Source: Diplonema japonicum (Eukaryota > Protista > Euglenozoa: Diplonemea). Taken from it: a stretch of 64,000 nucleotides of DNA. Positions 52,601 through 64,000 of this stretch are shown piece by piece. Within the stretch, counting starts at the first letter, position 1. Each line of letters starts with the position of its first letter. A model generated the notes under the pieces. It did not search any database and was not told the origin of the DNA. It saw only the letters and a program-made list of their open reading frames with translations. Location of the stretch: NCBI GenBank assembly GCA_964019335.1, contig OZ025684.1:1-64000 (forward strand), given 5' to 3'. The position numbers and the translations under genes were made by a program.

Positions 52601-55600
52601 TATATGAGTTAAAGGAAGTCTTTGTGAGACGCCCCCTTGTTCTCATCTTCTACCTGCACCTATCCCCTTTCAGCAGCGGTTTCTCCTCCTTTGGTGGTCT
52701 TGCCGGCCTTCTCCCCAGCCTGGCCGCTCTTTCTCTTCGTTCTCTCGCCCATTGTCCTTTCAACGCCTCTAGGTCATGCTTGGTCTTCGGTGATGCAAAT
52801 ATCGCCCTCCTGTTCCATCCGATCACCGCCTTTGTCCTCCCGATGGATCGTAGTGTGTGCACCCTTGTGCACGGCTCAGCTGGGAAGGCCCTCCTTCCTT
52901 TCACCTTCTTCAGTACCCTCCCTAGCTCCCATGTGTGCCAGATCTTCTTCATCAGTCCATGCAATCTCCTCGCTTTCTGCTGTACTTCTGCGAGATCCCC
53001 CAGCTTCCCTCCAAGGGTCTTCCCGGTCACGTTCCCGAAATCCAGTGCCAGCTCCACCGTCGACACTGACGTGTTCCTGCTGCCTGCATACCAGCGCAGT
53101 TGCCGCATCCACCTCAGCACCTCCTTCGTGTACTCCCGTAGGACATCCCCTGCCGGTAGCTTGCCGAAGTCCTTGTCCGACGGTACTGGGTGTTCTTGAC
53201 CTTGTGTGATCTCCAGCCACTGGTGTGTGTGGTACACCTCCTGCCTCTTCGCTTGTAGGGCTGCGTCCCGCTCCCCCACCACCGCCAGCAGGTACCTCTG
53301 CGTTCCTTCGAGCCTTTCCCTGACATCCTTCCCTGCTCCCCTTGGCAGGATGCCATGCAGCTTCGTACACGGTTCCAGCCCCCTGCGCGTCATGCCTTCG
53401 TGTTCTTCCCGCTGTTGCACTTCCTTGGCCTTTTCGCACTCCCACAGTGCGTGCTCCAGCATGTTGGGCAGCTGTTGCTCCTGACCGCAGATGTCGCAGT
53501 GTGCCGTCGTGGGTTCGGCCTGCTTAGCTTCTTGCTTCCTCGCCTCCGCAATCAGCCACTTTTCGGTGTCCTGTCCTTCCTCTTCTTCTTCTTCTTGTTC
53601 ATCTTCAGCCTCGCCTTCATCCTCGTCTTCTTCTCCTTCCGCCATCGGGATGTGCTCCACCGTGTCCGTGCGCCATCCCCGTGGGTTGATGTAGAACACT
53701 GCCCCCGAGATGATCCTTCGCACGTCCCTTGCTGCAATCGGGTCCGTCACCACCAGCTTCCTCCACAGCGCGTTGGTCTCCGCTGCTGCCGCAGCTTCCA
53801 TGCCCCCCATGGTGCTCCGTTTGCTCATGATTTCCTGTGCTTCCGCCCGCCTGAGTCGGTCCCTGATGTAGTGCTTGTAGGGCTCCTTTTCCAGTGCGTG
53901 GGTGTCCTTCAGCTGTGCCCAGCTTAACTTGATCTGAGGCAGCCACCTTTCCATCATGATGCCCACCGGTCCCAGCGGTATCTTCTTCCCGCTGTACCGT
54001 TTGGCAATGGCGTCGCAGCGTGTCCACAGCTTGTCGTCCTTCTTGCAGGCTCTGTATAGGAGCATAAGTGCTCTGTATGCGGCTGTCATCTGTGGGTGGC
54101 TCGTGTGTCCCGGCAGTGTCACGGATAGTACTGTGCCTGGGTTCCTGGTGCAGTACTTCTGCCCCCAGAGCGCGTACGTGGTCTCCTTCACCAGCGTGGC
54201 CATTTGTCCCGTTTTCGGCGGTGAGAATGGGCAGTCGTAGAGGCAGCTCGGTAGGATCGTGCTGCTGATGATCTTCGCCTTCTGCTGAAAGGACAACGGC
54301 GTTGCTCCCAGCCTGCTCAGCGTCCCGAGTGCCTCCGCCGTCCTGTCGCCGTTGGTTTGCGGCCTGCCGTCTGTCCGCAGCTTGGCTCCCAGTACTCCTA
54401 CAGTCCGTGTCGGCTGCAGTTCCTCGCCTTTCACCTTCACCTCCGGTGTCTTCCTGTTCACTGCAAAGGTCTTCGTCTTCCTGGTGTTGAGCTTCATCCC
54501 CACCTGTTTGCAGAAGGCTTCCACTGCGTCTACGCCTTCCTGCAACGCCGCACCGAGCCGTGCCAAGAGGTATGCATCGTCCGCGTAAGACAGCGAGCGG
54601 ACCCCTGTGTCGTTCTCCACCTGCTTCATTAGTACCGCCAACAGCGCGTTGATGAGTACCACTGAAATCGGGCATCCCTGAAGGATTCCATTGGTTGTGT
54701 GGAACTCCTCCCCCACGCCTGCTGCGTACCTGAACCGTCTTCGCATGCCTGCGTACATTCCTTTCAGTGCCCTGAGGATGCCTGTGTCCATGCCCATGTC
54801 CAGAACCAGCTGTTGCGGTACACTGTCAAAGCATTTCGCAGTCGAGTGCCACCCCGACTAGCGGTTTCCCCTCCAGAATGGATTCTTCGATGTCAAGGGC
54901 GAGGTCCAAAAGTGCGTCCTCTGTCCCGAAACCAGTGCGGAATCCGTATTGCTTGTCGTGTATCCATTTCTCCTGCCAGATGAGGATATCAGACAGTCGC
55001 GCGCATGCCCAGAGTCTGTACACCGCAGATGTGACTGTGATAGGCCTGTGCTCCAGTGGTCCCGCATCGTCGCACTTCGGTACGAGGGTAACCAGTGCCG
55101 TTTTCATGGCTTCCGGCCACCTCCCCGTTGCTTCGATCGCATGGAAGAGCATCGCCCAGGCGTCTAGTACTGACTCTGGTAGTTTCCGTAGCTCTAGCAT
55201 CCTCCACCCGTCGATGCCTGCCGCGCTTTTCTTGCTTTTCTTTCTGAGCACTTCCCTCAGCCTTGCTCCCGTCAGTTGTGTCCTCTCCATCTCATGCCGT
55301 TGCACGAACTTGCTGTACTTTGCCTTGAAGGGGGCTCCGGTCGGGACTCGTATTTCGCAAAGACGGTCTTCCACGCCTTGCGCATGACGCTGTCGATCAG
55401 TCCGGGGGACGCAAAGAGCACCATCCCTTCCTTGACCGCCCTGGTTCCGTCGCTTTGACGTTTGCCTCTCGCGAATTTTACCGTCTTGTTGTCTCGCGTC
55501 CTGCTGCAACCTCGGCCAGGTACTCTCGTCTCCGTGACGTGTTCGCCTCGGTCCTTTTCTTCCGTTCCTCAGCTGCAATTGCGTCTTCCATGTTCAGCGC

Positions 55601-56514
55601 TGCTGCCAGCATGTCCTCTATGAGAACAGCGTCGTGCGGCACCGGTTCAGATGGTACTGCCAGAGCCAATGCTTCCCTGTTCACGTTTCTTATCGTGTTC
55701 AGGGTCGGCTTGCTTAGCCCCTTGTCCTCAACTGCCTGCTCGAGCTGTTGTTGCAGTGTCCGCGTCTTGAGCTTCAGCTTTTCCAGTCGCGCTTGCGCGT
55801 ACAAACGTTGGATCAGGTTGTTTCCCTCTCCATTTTGCGCATAGGTCCGCTGTGTCCGCCCATCCTGCCTGCAGTGCCTTCCGCAGTTCCGGGGATCTTG
55901 CCTCGTCGGTGTTGAAGCGCCAACGACGAGTATTGGCACATTGCCGAGCTCCTTCGCCTTCTTCCGCAGGATGTAGTGGAGGAGGGTCTCCCTCTTTGCG
56001 GTCTCTTCACGTCCTGTTCCTGCCGGGCAGTATATCGATATGATATGTAGCCATCTGCGTTTGCCATCGATTGCGACCTGAGTGTGCAGCCACCTCCTGC
56101 GTTGTTCTTCAGGTTGGTCGTTGGTGTCCAGAGAACCTGGCAATGCTGTCCTGGATTCTCGGATTAGGGTTGCCAGTCCTCCCCTCTGAGCTACCCAGTT
56201 CGAAGCGATTCCCTCCACCTTCCTTCCCGGCTGCGGCGGTCCCCACATCGGCTTCCACTTCTTCTTCGTCTTCTTCCCGAGCTCCTGCTCCATCTCCTGC
56301 TGCCCAGCTAAGGTCAGCGCCGTCTCCTGCGTGCAGATCACGTCGACGTCCAGCTTCGTCGTAACCTCCTCTATTTGGTTGCGTAGGGAGGCCACGTTCA
56401 CTGTCGACACGTACATGTTGGGCCCAGGGTTCGGGTGTATCCCCTGCGCCGTGAGCCTCGCGAAGTCCTCTTCCTCCTCTGACCCCGGTTTCCGCCTCCC
56501 CGTTTTCAGTTTTC
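52601..56514 (-). mobile_element. APE-type non-LTR retrotransposon, 5'-truncated at the ORF1 stop, with frameshifts and a deletion in the endonuclease
   Basis: APE motifs TVNVASL, VICTQET, ISIYCP; RT motifs HRPIT, QYGFR, GILQGCPIS, YADD; CCHC. Broken into ORFs 55478-56416, 54826-55578 and 52650-54797. Confidence 0.92.
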
Positions 56515-56615
56515 AAAAAAAAAAGAAGAAAAGAAAAACAGAACCACTAAGGGACACGGTTTAGCCACAGCATGCTTCAAGCAACGGCCTTTCGGTACCC
56601 CCTTCTCGTTCCCTT

Positions 56616-57857
56616 CTATTCCTGGCACGCTGCCACACACCCTTTGACCCTCGTGTTCACCGCAGAGTCACCCCGCCACCTGTCACGCGCAGTGTCATCT
56701 GCCTCACGAATATCTCCGTAGTAAGCGTCCAGGACACGGGTGATGGAACTCAACAGAACATCAATTTCAGAACTGCGGTGCGTGCTACCCTTGGTGATGT
56801 AGTAAGGGTTGACGAAAGGTGTACGCGTGCACCGTGCCACATGTGCCAGCATCTCGCGGTACACCTTCAAACGCGCAACCGAATTGCACCGATGCAAAGA
56901 AGCAGGGTCCAGGAAGGGGTGCGCCAGTAATGTAACATGCGAACCCTTCTTGAGATACGACTTCCACGACATAACCCGTGCATGCAGCTCGTCGTAGAGG
57001 GCGTCGGTGGAACAGAACCCGTCACCAATGTCTGACAGCGATGGTGCCATCACGACCTCAAGCCTGCCGAGGCTCCCCAAGGTGCTGTTCAGTGTTTCTG
57101 GCGGGCCAACGTGCAGTGTGCTTTCCAGCCCCCTGTCGCGAAGCTCTTGGTGGATGTAGGCAGCGTACGCATCGTCCTTGTCCGACACCACCACATACAC
57201 CGCACCGTACAAGGCAGGCCCACGCACGGAGGGCAGCCTGCACAGATCGCCGTGCAGCGCGTCGCCTACAGTCGTGCATCTTAATGATGTCCATTTCTTC
57301 AACAAATCACGTTCTCTGCATTTAAACAGTGGGTTAGGGAGCCACGGGCCTCTTGAGTTGCTGCACAGCATCCACAGGACGGTGAGGTCTGCCTCGTCAG
57401 TGGGCTCGATGATGCCCACTTTCACACATGTTGCAGCAAGGGATATTACCTGACGTATCTCAGGTGAGTTCTGGTGGTTGTGCACTGCCATGGAAGCGTT
57501 GGGTTGTAGAAGGGAGCGGTAGGAAAGGATGCGCTCCTTGACCAGTTTGTACATCCCCGCCATGCCGTGGGGGGAAAGCTCTGCTGATGTGAAGCTTATC
57601 GCAGCGTGGTCCGCGGTTGACATGAGCGCCCTGTCGCTGAGGCCCTGCATCTCGTTCAGAGCGAGATCCTTTGTGGCGTTGCCCAGTGCGACGAATCTCT
57701 TGCCTTTCAAACACTTCATGGGGTCCGCCCCCTGCCGGGCATGCTTCCGTTTGATCACTTTCAAATATGACCCCAGCAGAACAACCCCAGCAGCGGTCGC
57801 CAGAACTATTATCAGGACCAGTTTCTTCATTTTATTAAGCTTCTGGGGCTTTTTCAT
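56616..57857 (-). CDS. Hypothetical type II membrane protein, weakly SGNH/PC-esterase-like
   Basis: N-terminal anchor; CLKGKRFVALGN resembles the CLxGKxxxFxGDS start but lacks the Ser. 413-aa ORF on the cluster strand. Confidence 0.6.
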   Translation of the reverse strand: MKKPQKLNKMKKLVLIIVLATAAGVVLLGSYLKVIKRKHARQGADPMKCLKGKRFVALGNATKDLALNEMQGLSDRALMSTADHAAISFTSAELSPHGMAGMYKLVKERILSYRSLLQPNASMAVHNHQNSPEIRQVISLAATCVKVGIIEPTDEADLTVLWMLCSNSRGPWLPNPLFKCRERDLLKKWTSLRCTTVGDALHGDLCRLPSVRGPALYGAVYVVVSDKDDAYAAYIHQELRDRGLESTLHVGPPETLNSTLGSLGRLEVVMAPSLSDIGDGFCSTDALYDELHARVMSWKSYLKKGSHVTLLAHPFLDPASLHRCNSVARLKVYREMLAHVARCTRTPFVNPYYITKGSTHRSSEIDVLLSSITRVLDAYYGDIREADDTARDRWRGDSAVNTRVKGCVAACQE

Positions 57858-57990
57858 TTTATATGCATTTATTCTTCTTTTCTTTTGTTCTCCCGTCTTT
57901 TCTGTTCTACTATTATCTTTTCTTTTTTTCTCTTTTTATAACAACGGGTAAAAAAAAGGGGGGGAAACACAAGAAGGAAAAGTAAATAAA

Positions 57991-60900
57991 TATATGAGTT
58001 AAAGGAAGTCTTTGTGAGACGCCCCCTTGTTCTCATGCTCTACCTGCACCTATCCCCCTTCAGCAGCGGTTTCTCCTTCTTCGGTGGTCGTGCCGGCCTC
58101 CTCCCCAGCTTGGCTACTTTTTCCCTTCTTTCCTTTGCCCATTGCTTCCCCAGCTCCTCCAGGTCGTACTTGGTCTTCGTTGATGCAAAGATTGCTCTTC
58201 TACTCCACCCGATCACCGCCTTCGTCCCTCCGATTGATCGCAGCGTATGTACTCTCTTGCATGGTTCAGCAGGGAAGGCCCTCCTTCCTTTCACCTTCTT
58301 CTGCAGTCTCCCTAGTTCCCATGTGTTCCACACCTTCTTCATCACCGTGTGCAGTCTCCTGGCCTTCTGTCGCACTTCTGCCAACTCCCCTAGCTTCCCT
58401 CCAAGGGATTTCTGGGTCACGTTTTCGAAATCCAGCGCCAGCTCCACCGTCGACACTGCCGTGCTTCTGTTCCCTCCATACCAGCGCAGCTGCTTGAGCC
58501 ATTTCAGCACCGGTTTCGTGTACTCCTTCAGGGTGTTGCCGGTCTGCAGCCTCGCGAACTCCTCCTCTGTTGGTGCTGGGTGTGCCTCCCCCTCCGTGAT
58601 CTCCAGCGTTTGATTGGTGTGTCCGGTAGATCTGCTGCCTCTTTGCCTGCAAGGCTGCGTCGCGTTCCCCCACCACAGCCAGCAGGTAACGCTGGGTCTT
58701 CTCGAGCCTGTCCTTGTCCTCCTTGGCCGCTTCCCTCGGGAGGATGCCATGGAGCCTCATGCACGGTTCTAGGCCTGTTCGTGTCGTGCCTGCATGTGCC
58801 TCCCGTTGCCCTACTTCGACAGCCAGTTCGCACTCCCACAGTGCATGCTCCAGGATGTTGGATACCTGTTGCATCTGACCGCATACGTCGCAGCGTGCCG
58901 TTGCGGGTTCGTCCTGCTGCCTCTGCTCCGCCAGCAGCATGCGCTCCAGCTCCGCGACTTCCCCTTCTCCACCCGCCTCTCTTTCTTCTTCGTCTTCTGA
59001 GTCGTCTCGGGAATCTTCTTCGTCCACCTCCTCCTCCGTCGGTGGGATGTGTGCCACTGCGTCCGTCCGCCATCCCCGTGGGTGGATGTAGAAAACCGCG
59101 CCTGTGATCACCCTGCGTAGGTTCCTTGCTGCGATGGGGTCCGACGACGCCAGCTTCCCCCATAGCTCGTTTGTCTCGACAGCGGCTGCCGTCGCCATTC
59201 CTTTCATGGTGCTCCGTTTTCCCATGATGGCCTCCGCTTCACCACGCCTGAGCTTGTCTCTGATGTAGTGTCGGAACCGCTCCTTCTCCATGGCCATGGT
59301 GTCCTTCAGCTGGTCCCAGGTTGCTTGCACCATGGGTAGCCACCTCTGGTTTCCCACCAGGCCCAGCGCCTTCTTCCCTTCCCGGTACAGCTTTGCGATG
59401 TCGTTGCAGCGTGCCCACAGTTGGTCGTCCTTCCTGCATGCCCTGTACATGAGCATCAGTGCTTTGTAGGCTGCTGTCATCTTCGGGTGGTGTGTGTGCC
59501 CTGGTAGTGTCACGGAGAGTACTGCGCCGGGGCTCCGCGTGCGATACCTCTGGCCCCACAGCGTGTACGTCGTCTCCATCACCAGGAGTTCCATCATCCC
59601 CGTCCTTGGCGGTGAGAAGGGGGCTGCCTTGGCGCCTGTCGTAAAGGTTTTGGTTTTCTTTACGTTTAGCTTCATGCCAACCATTTTGCAGAAGTCCTCC
59701 ACCGCCTCCACCCCCTTCTGCAGTGCTGCCGCGAGTTGTGCCAGAAGGTACGCGTCGTCAGCGTACGACAACGAGCGGACCCCCGTGCCGTCCTCCACCT
59801 GTTTCATCAGCACTGCCAGTAACGCGTTGATGAGTACCACAGATATGGGGCACCCTTGTAGGATTCCATTTGTCGTGTGGAACTCCTCTCCAACGCCCGT
59901 GGCGTACCTGAAACGTCTCCGCATGCCCGCGTACATCCCCTTCAGCGCCCTTAGAATGCCCGTCTCCATGCCCATGTCCTCCACCAGCTCCATCACTAGT
60001 TGCTGCGGTACGCTGTCGAAACACTTCGCAAAGTCAAGTGCCACCCCGACCAGCGGTTTCCCTTCGAGTAGAGATTCCTCGATGTCCAGGGCGAGGTCCA
60101 TTAGCGCGTCCTCTGTCCCGAAGCCTGTGCGGAATCCGTACTGCTTGTCGTGTACCCACTTCTCCTGCCAGAGAAGGATGTCTGCCAGTCGCGTGCATGC
60201 CCAAAGTCTGTACACCGCTGATGTCACCGTGATGGGTCTGTGCTCCAGCGGTCCCGCGTCGTCGCATTTTGGTACGAGTGTGACCAGCGCCGTCTTCACG
60301 GCCTCTGGCCATCTCCCGGTTGCTTCGATCGCTTGGAAGAGCTGAGCCCAGGCGTCCAACACCGACTCTGGTAGTTTGCGTAGCTCCAGCATCCTCCACC
60401 CGTCGATGCCTGCTGCGCTTCTCTTGCTCTTCCTTGCGAGTACCTCTCTCAGCCTCGCTCCCGTGAGCTGCGTCTTCGTCATCTCATGCCGTTGTATAAA
60501 CTTGCCATACTTTGCCTTGAAGGGGGCGAAGGGGGGTTCCGGCTTGTTTTCGTACTTCGAGAAGACGCTCTTCCAGGCTTTGCGCATGACTGCGTCGATC
60601 TTCGCAGTGTCTGCCACTAGTAACTTCCCATCCTTGACTGCCCTGGTCCCATCGCTCTGGCGTTTTCCTCTTGCTACTGTCACCAGCTTGGCCGTTTCTC
60701 TTCCCGATGCCACCTCAGCCAGGTATTCCCGTCTTCGCGTCGTGTTCGACTCGGTCCTCTTCCTCCGTTCTTGCGCTGCCACGGCGTCCTCCATGTCTAG
60801 GGTTGCTGCCAGCATGTCTTCGATGAACGTGGTGTCCTGCGGTATTGGCTCCGTCGGGACTGCTGCTGCTGCTGCTTCTCTGTTCACATTCCTTATTGTG

Positions 60901-63659
60901 TTCAGAGTGGTCGTGCTCAGGCTCCCCTCGTCCATTGCCCGTTCCAGTTGCTCTCGTAATGAACGGGTCTTGAGCCTCAGCTTCTCCAGTCGGGCCTGCA
61001 TGATTGTAGCCGCCCCGATCGAGCCTGTTGTTGTCGGTGCACACACATTCTTGTTCTTCGTGCTTATGTGTTTGCCCCTTCCAACGTATGCTGCCCTCCC
61101 TGGCGTCCCTACCGGTTGTCCTATCAGGAGATCTTCTGTGCATCGGGAGAGTGTTTCGAAGGCTTCTGTGATTCGGCCCTCTCGCAAGTGCAGCTGGAAA
61201 TGACACGCTTCAACAGCCTCTGCGCCCTGACCTTCTGCCGGCTCCTCTGCTGCTTCCAGCCCCTTCGGCAGCATGTACCTCTGTACCTGCAGACTGAACC
61301 TATCGAGTTGTAGTCGGACTGTGAGGGTTCTGTGGTCGGTTCCTTTGACTTTGTATGCGCTGCAGTCCGTGATGGCCGGCACCGCCTCTGGGTTTGCCAG
61401 AATCCTGTCTATCCGTGTGGCGCAGTTTTCCCGTACAAACGTTGGTTCTGGTTGCTCGCCCCTTCTCATCTTTGCGCATAGCTCCGCTGCATCAGTCCAG
61501 CCCGTCTGCAGCGCCTTGCACAGTTCTGGAGACCTGTCCTCGTCAGTGTTCAGGTCGCCGACAACGAGTATGGGTACGTTGCCGAGCTCCCTCGTCTTCT
61601 TCTGCAGGACGTAGTGGAGGAGGGTCTCCCTCTTTGCCGTTTCTTCTCGCCCTGCTCCCGACGGGCAGTAAACCGAGATGATGTGCAGCCATTTGCGCTT
61701 GCCGTCGATCGCGACCTGCGTGTGCAGCCACCTCCGGCTTTGCTCCTCAGGTTGGTCTGAGGTATCCAGTGTTCCTGGTAGTGCGGTCCTGGGTTCTCGG
61801 ATGAGTGTTGCGAGTCCCCCCCCTCTGCGCTACCCAGTTCGATGCGATGCCCTCGACCTTCCTCCCCGGCTGCGGTGGCCCCCACATCGGCTTCCACTTC
61901 TTCTTCTGTTTCACCTTGCCAAGCTCTCGTTCTATTTCTTGTTGGCCTGCCAGGGTGAGCGCTGTCTCCTGTGTACATATGACGTCCATGTCCAGCTTTG
62001 TGACCTCCTCAAGTTGGTTGCGAAGGGAGGCTACGTTCACCGTCGATATGTTCATGTACGTGGGTGCTGGTCCAGGGTTTGGTTGTATTCCCTGAACCGT
62101 GAGTCTCGCGAAGTCCTCCGCCTCCTCTGACCCCGGTCTGCGCTTCCCCTGCCTCAGTTCAGCACCTTTCCGATGCATGCGCAGCACTGCTCCCTCCTGC
62201 ACGTTTCCAGGGTGCACACCGCTGCCTTCCCTCCCTTCAGCAGCGTCTTGCATGAGGCGCACTGCCCCTGGGTGGCCTTGTACGCCTTCGACCACGCATG
62301 GGTGTGCATCTTTTGCTTCTTCTGTGCCTGCGATTGGGGGGAATCCATGCCCTTCCCTTCCGAGGACTTCGTCGGCTGCCTGTAGGATGGCGTGCCGTCC
62401 GTCTCCATCGGTGTCGGGGACCGGGATTCTGGAGGTGTCACGCTCCTTGGCCGTTTCGTGGGGGACGCGGCTGTGTTCTTCTTCGGCGATCCCTGTGCCT
62501 TCCTCCTCCTCGGTGATGGTGAAGCCTCCGGAGGTGTCCCGCTTCTCTGCCTCTTCGTCGGGGATGCTGGAGATGCTGGGTTCGTTGCGATTACCTTCTC
62601 CCTCAGCTCCCTGTGCCTCAGCGCTTGCTTCTTCAGTGTCTCCCTCAGCTTCTTGTTGTCCTCTTGCAGCCCTTTGATGATCTGCTCCAGCTTCTGCATC
62701 TGCTGTTGTATTCCTGTCGGCATCTGCTCTTCCTTTTGCTCTTCCTTTCCCTTCTCCTTCTGCGGTTTGTGCTTCTGTTCCTTCTGCCCCTTCTGCTGTG
62801 CCTTCGGGTCCTTCTTCTGTTGTGCCTTTGGGTCCTGCTTTTGTTGTGCCTTCGGGTCCTGCTTCTGCTGTGCCTTCGGGTCCGCCGCTGCCCAGTACTC
62901 CTCGCCTTTGTCCTTGCCATAGAAGCAGAGGAACTCCGGCTTGGAGTACTTGGTGTCGTTGCTTTCGTTTGGGTCCTTCCGCGTCTCCCCTTTTGCCACC
63001 ACCATCCGCAGCGGTTGGAGTTTCCATGCCTCTGTCAAGGGCATTTGGTTCTCTCCTACTTGGACTTCCCCGAACGGGGGTCGGACAACCGCCTGGATAA
63101 TGGCGAGCTGTTTCCCTTTCTTGGGGATCATCCGGAGCACCTCCGCACCTTCCCACCCCTTCGTGCGGATCACCTCCTGCACCTGCCCTGCTGTTACTCC
63201 GCGCGGTACGCAGTGGAGGTCGTACTTCGTCTTCTTTGCTCCCACTGCTTCCACCAGTAGCCCTGCCTCCCGTGCCCTGCCTGCCGCGTGCGTCCTTGCT
63301 TCCCCTTCCTCCATCACCAGCCCGACCCCCCTCCCGTTGCTGATGATGGCTGCCTCGGGCCCCGCCGCCTTCCGTGCCTCCGACACGCTCCACGTCTTTA
63401 GCCACAACGGTGGCGCGTCCTCCTTCCTCCTCCTTCGTTCTTCGATGTGCATACCGGTACCTTCTGCACCCCCGGCCTGTTTCGCTTTCTTCGCGTCGCT
63501 CGCCGACAGATAGACCAGGAGGTCCATCTTGGTGAGCTTGCCGTCCCACCCCTCGCCCCTCGGGTCTGACAGCCCTCGGGTCCCGATCCCCATGGATCCG
63601 AGCACCTTCTTCGTGTGCTCTCTCTTTGGTTTAATTCCAACCCAATATCCAGCCCCTAT
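57991..63659 (-). mobile_element. APE-type LINE with ORF1 and ORF2 (2A-like, APE, RT, CCHC), two frameshifts and an RT-thumb deletion
   Basis: ORF2 motifs VICTQET, GDLN, TRIDRI, TDHR, LDFAKCFDSV, YADD, CDVC..HALWEC. Possible TSD TAAATAAA at 57983-57990 and 63660-63667 (low complexity, so the 5' end is uncertain). Confidence 0.92.
62154..63605 (-). CDS. LINE ORF1 protein: DPKAQQKQ-type repeats (24-bp unit, about 62790-62885), coiled coil, SPxK/R repeats, C-terminal Cys/His finger
   Basis: ORF-track translation; ends H..CASC..C..C..CCAC and sits immediately upstream of ORF2. Confidence 0.75.
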   Translation of the reverse strand: MLGSMGIGTRGLSDPRGEGWDGKLTKMDLLVYLSASDAKKAKQAGGAEGTGMHIEERRRRKEDAPPLWLKTWSVSEARKAAGPEAAIISNGRGVGLVMEEGEARTHAAGRAREAGLLVEAVGAKKTKYDLHCVPRGVTAGQVQEVIRTKGWEGAEVLRMIPKKGKQLAIIQAVVRPPFGEVQVGENQMPLTEAWKLQPLRMVVAKGETRKDPNESNDTKYSKPEFLCFYGKDKGEEYWAAADPKAQQKQDPKAQQKQDPKAQQKKDPKAQQKGQKEQKHKPQKEKGKEEQKEEQMPTGIQQQMQKLEQIIKGLQEDNKKLRETLKKQALRHRELREKVIATNPASPASPTKRQRSGTPPEASPSPRRRKAQGSPKKNTAASPTKRPRSVTPPESRSPTPMETDGTPSYRQPTKSSEGKGMDSPQSQAQKKQKMHTHAWSKAYKATQGQCASCKTLLKGGKAAVCTLETCRREQCCACIGKVLN

Positions 63660-64000
63660 TAAATAAAAGAAATAATATGGTAACTTTTGCTTCTTGCTCG
63701 AGTAAGGAGGGAAAAAAGCAAAAAAGGAAAAAAAAGAAAAAAAAAGAAAAAAAAAAAAAAACTTGCAGAAGTAAATCCTTACTCGGACACAACACTATTC
63801 GGAACCCAATAACTGTTCCTACCTAATTCTGCTTTTTGCCAACACCTCAGAAGATTATGACATCGGCGCGGGGACCTAAAAGAAGGTACAAAATAGGTCA
63901 AAGAAAACGGACTCATGAGGATTCGAACATAAAAGAATAAAAAATAAAAGAGGAACGTGGCTGCTTGCCGTGATGAGACGGACGGCAGCTGCAGATATAA

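Noticed and set aside
61747-63549. 600-aa ORF as a true dual-coding gene over LINE ORF1
   Set aside because: The N-terminal about 450 aa is low-complexity and expected from a T-poor sense strand; only the part from about 62178 carries recognisable 2A and APE sequence.

Overview
Eukaryotic nuclear DNA, most likely from a diplonemid (Euglenozoa). A 39-nt diplonemid-type spliced-leader (SL) exon lies at 7299-7337(-), and every credible gene and mobile element is on the minus strand, as in a euglenozoan directional gene cluster. The window opens with about 870 bp of (GGGTTTGC)n. Abutting it is a CRE/SLACS-clade non-LTR retrotransposon (RT plus restriction-like endonuclease) that also encodes an AlkB-type 2OG-Fe(II) dioxygenase and an OTU protease, carries an SL exon ahead of its ORF, and appears to split the repeat at GGGTT|TGC. 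The second highlight is hidden by a 34-nt GT-AG intron (19849-19882): two ORFs join into one 1171-aa protein of TM, class III adenylate cyclase, degenerate cyclase, cytochrome b5, globin and FAD/NAD(P)H reductase, a candidate self-reducing gas/redox-sensing cyclase. The rest comprises an HMT1/ABCB6-like half transporter, Ubl-LRR and Ubl-ankyrin genes, a Cys-rich secreted protein, an amino-acid permease, three ABCA paralogues with apparent gene-conversion mosaicism, a GH125 glycosidase, a SLATT-like 2TM protein, and several damaged APE-type LINE copies with a 2A-like peptide. All calls come from motif reading; no database searches were run.
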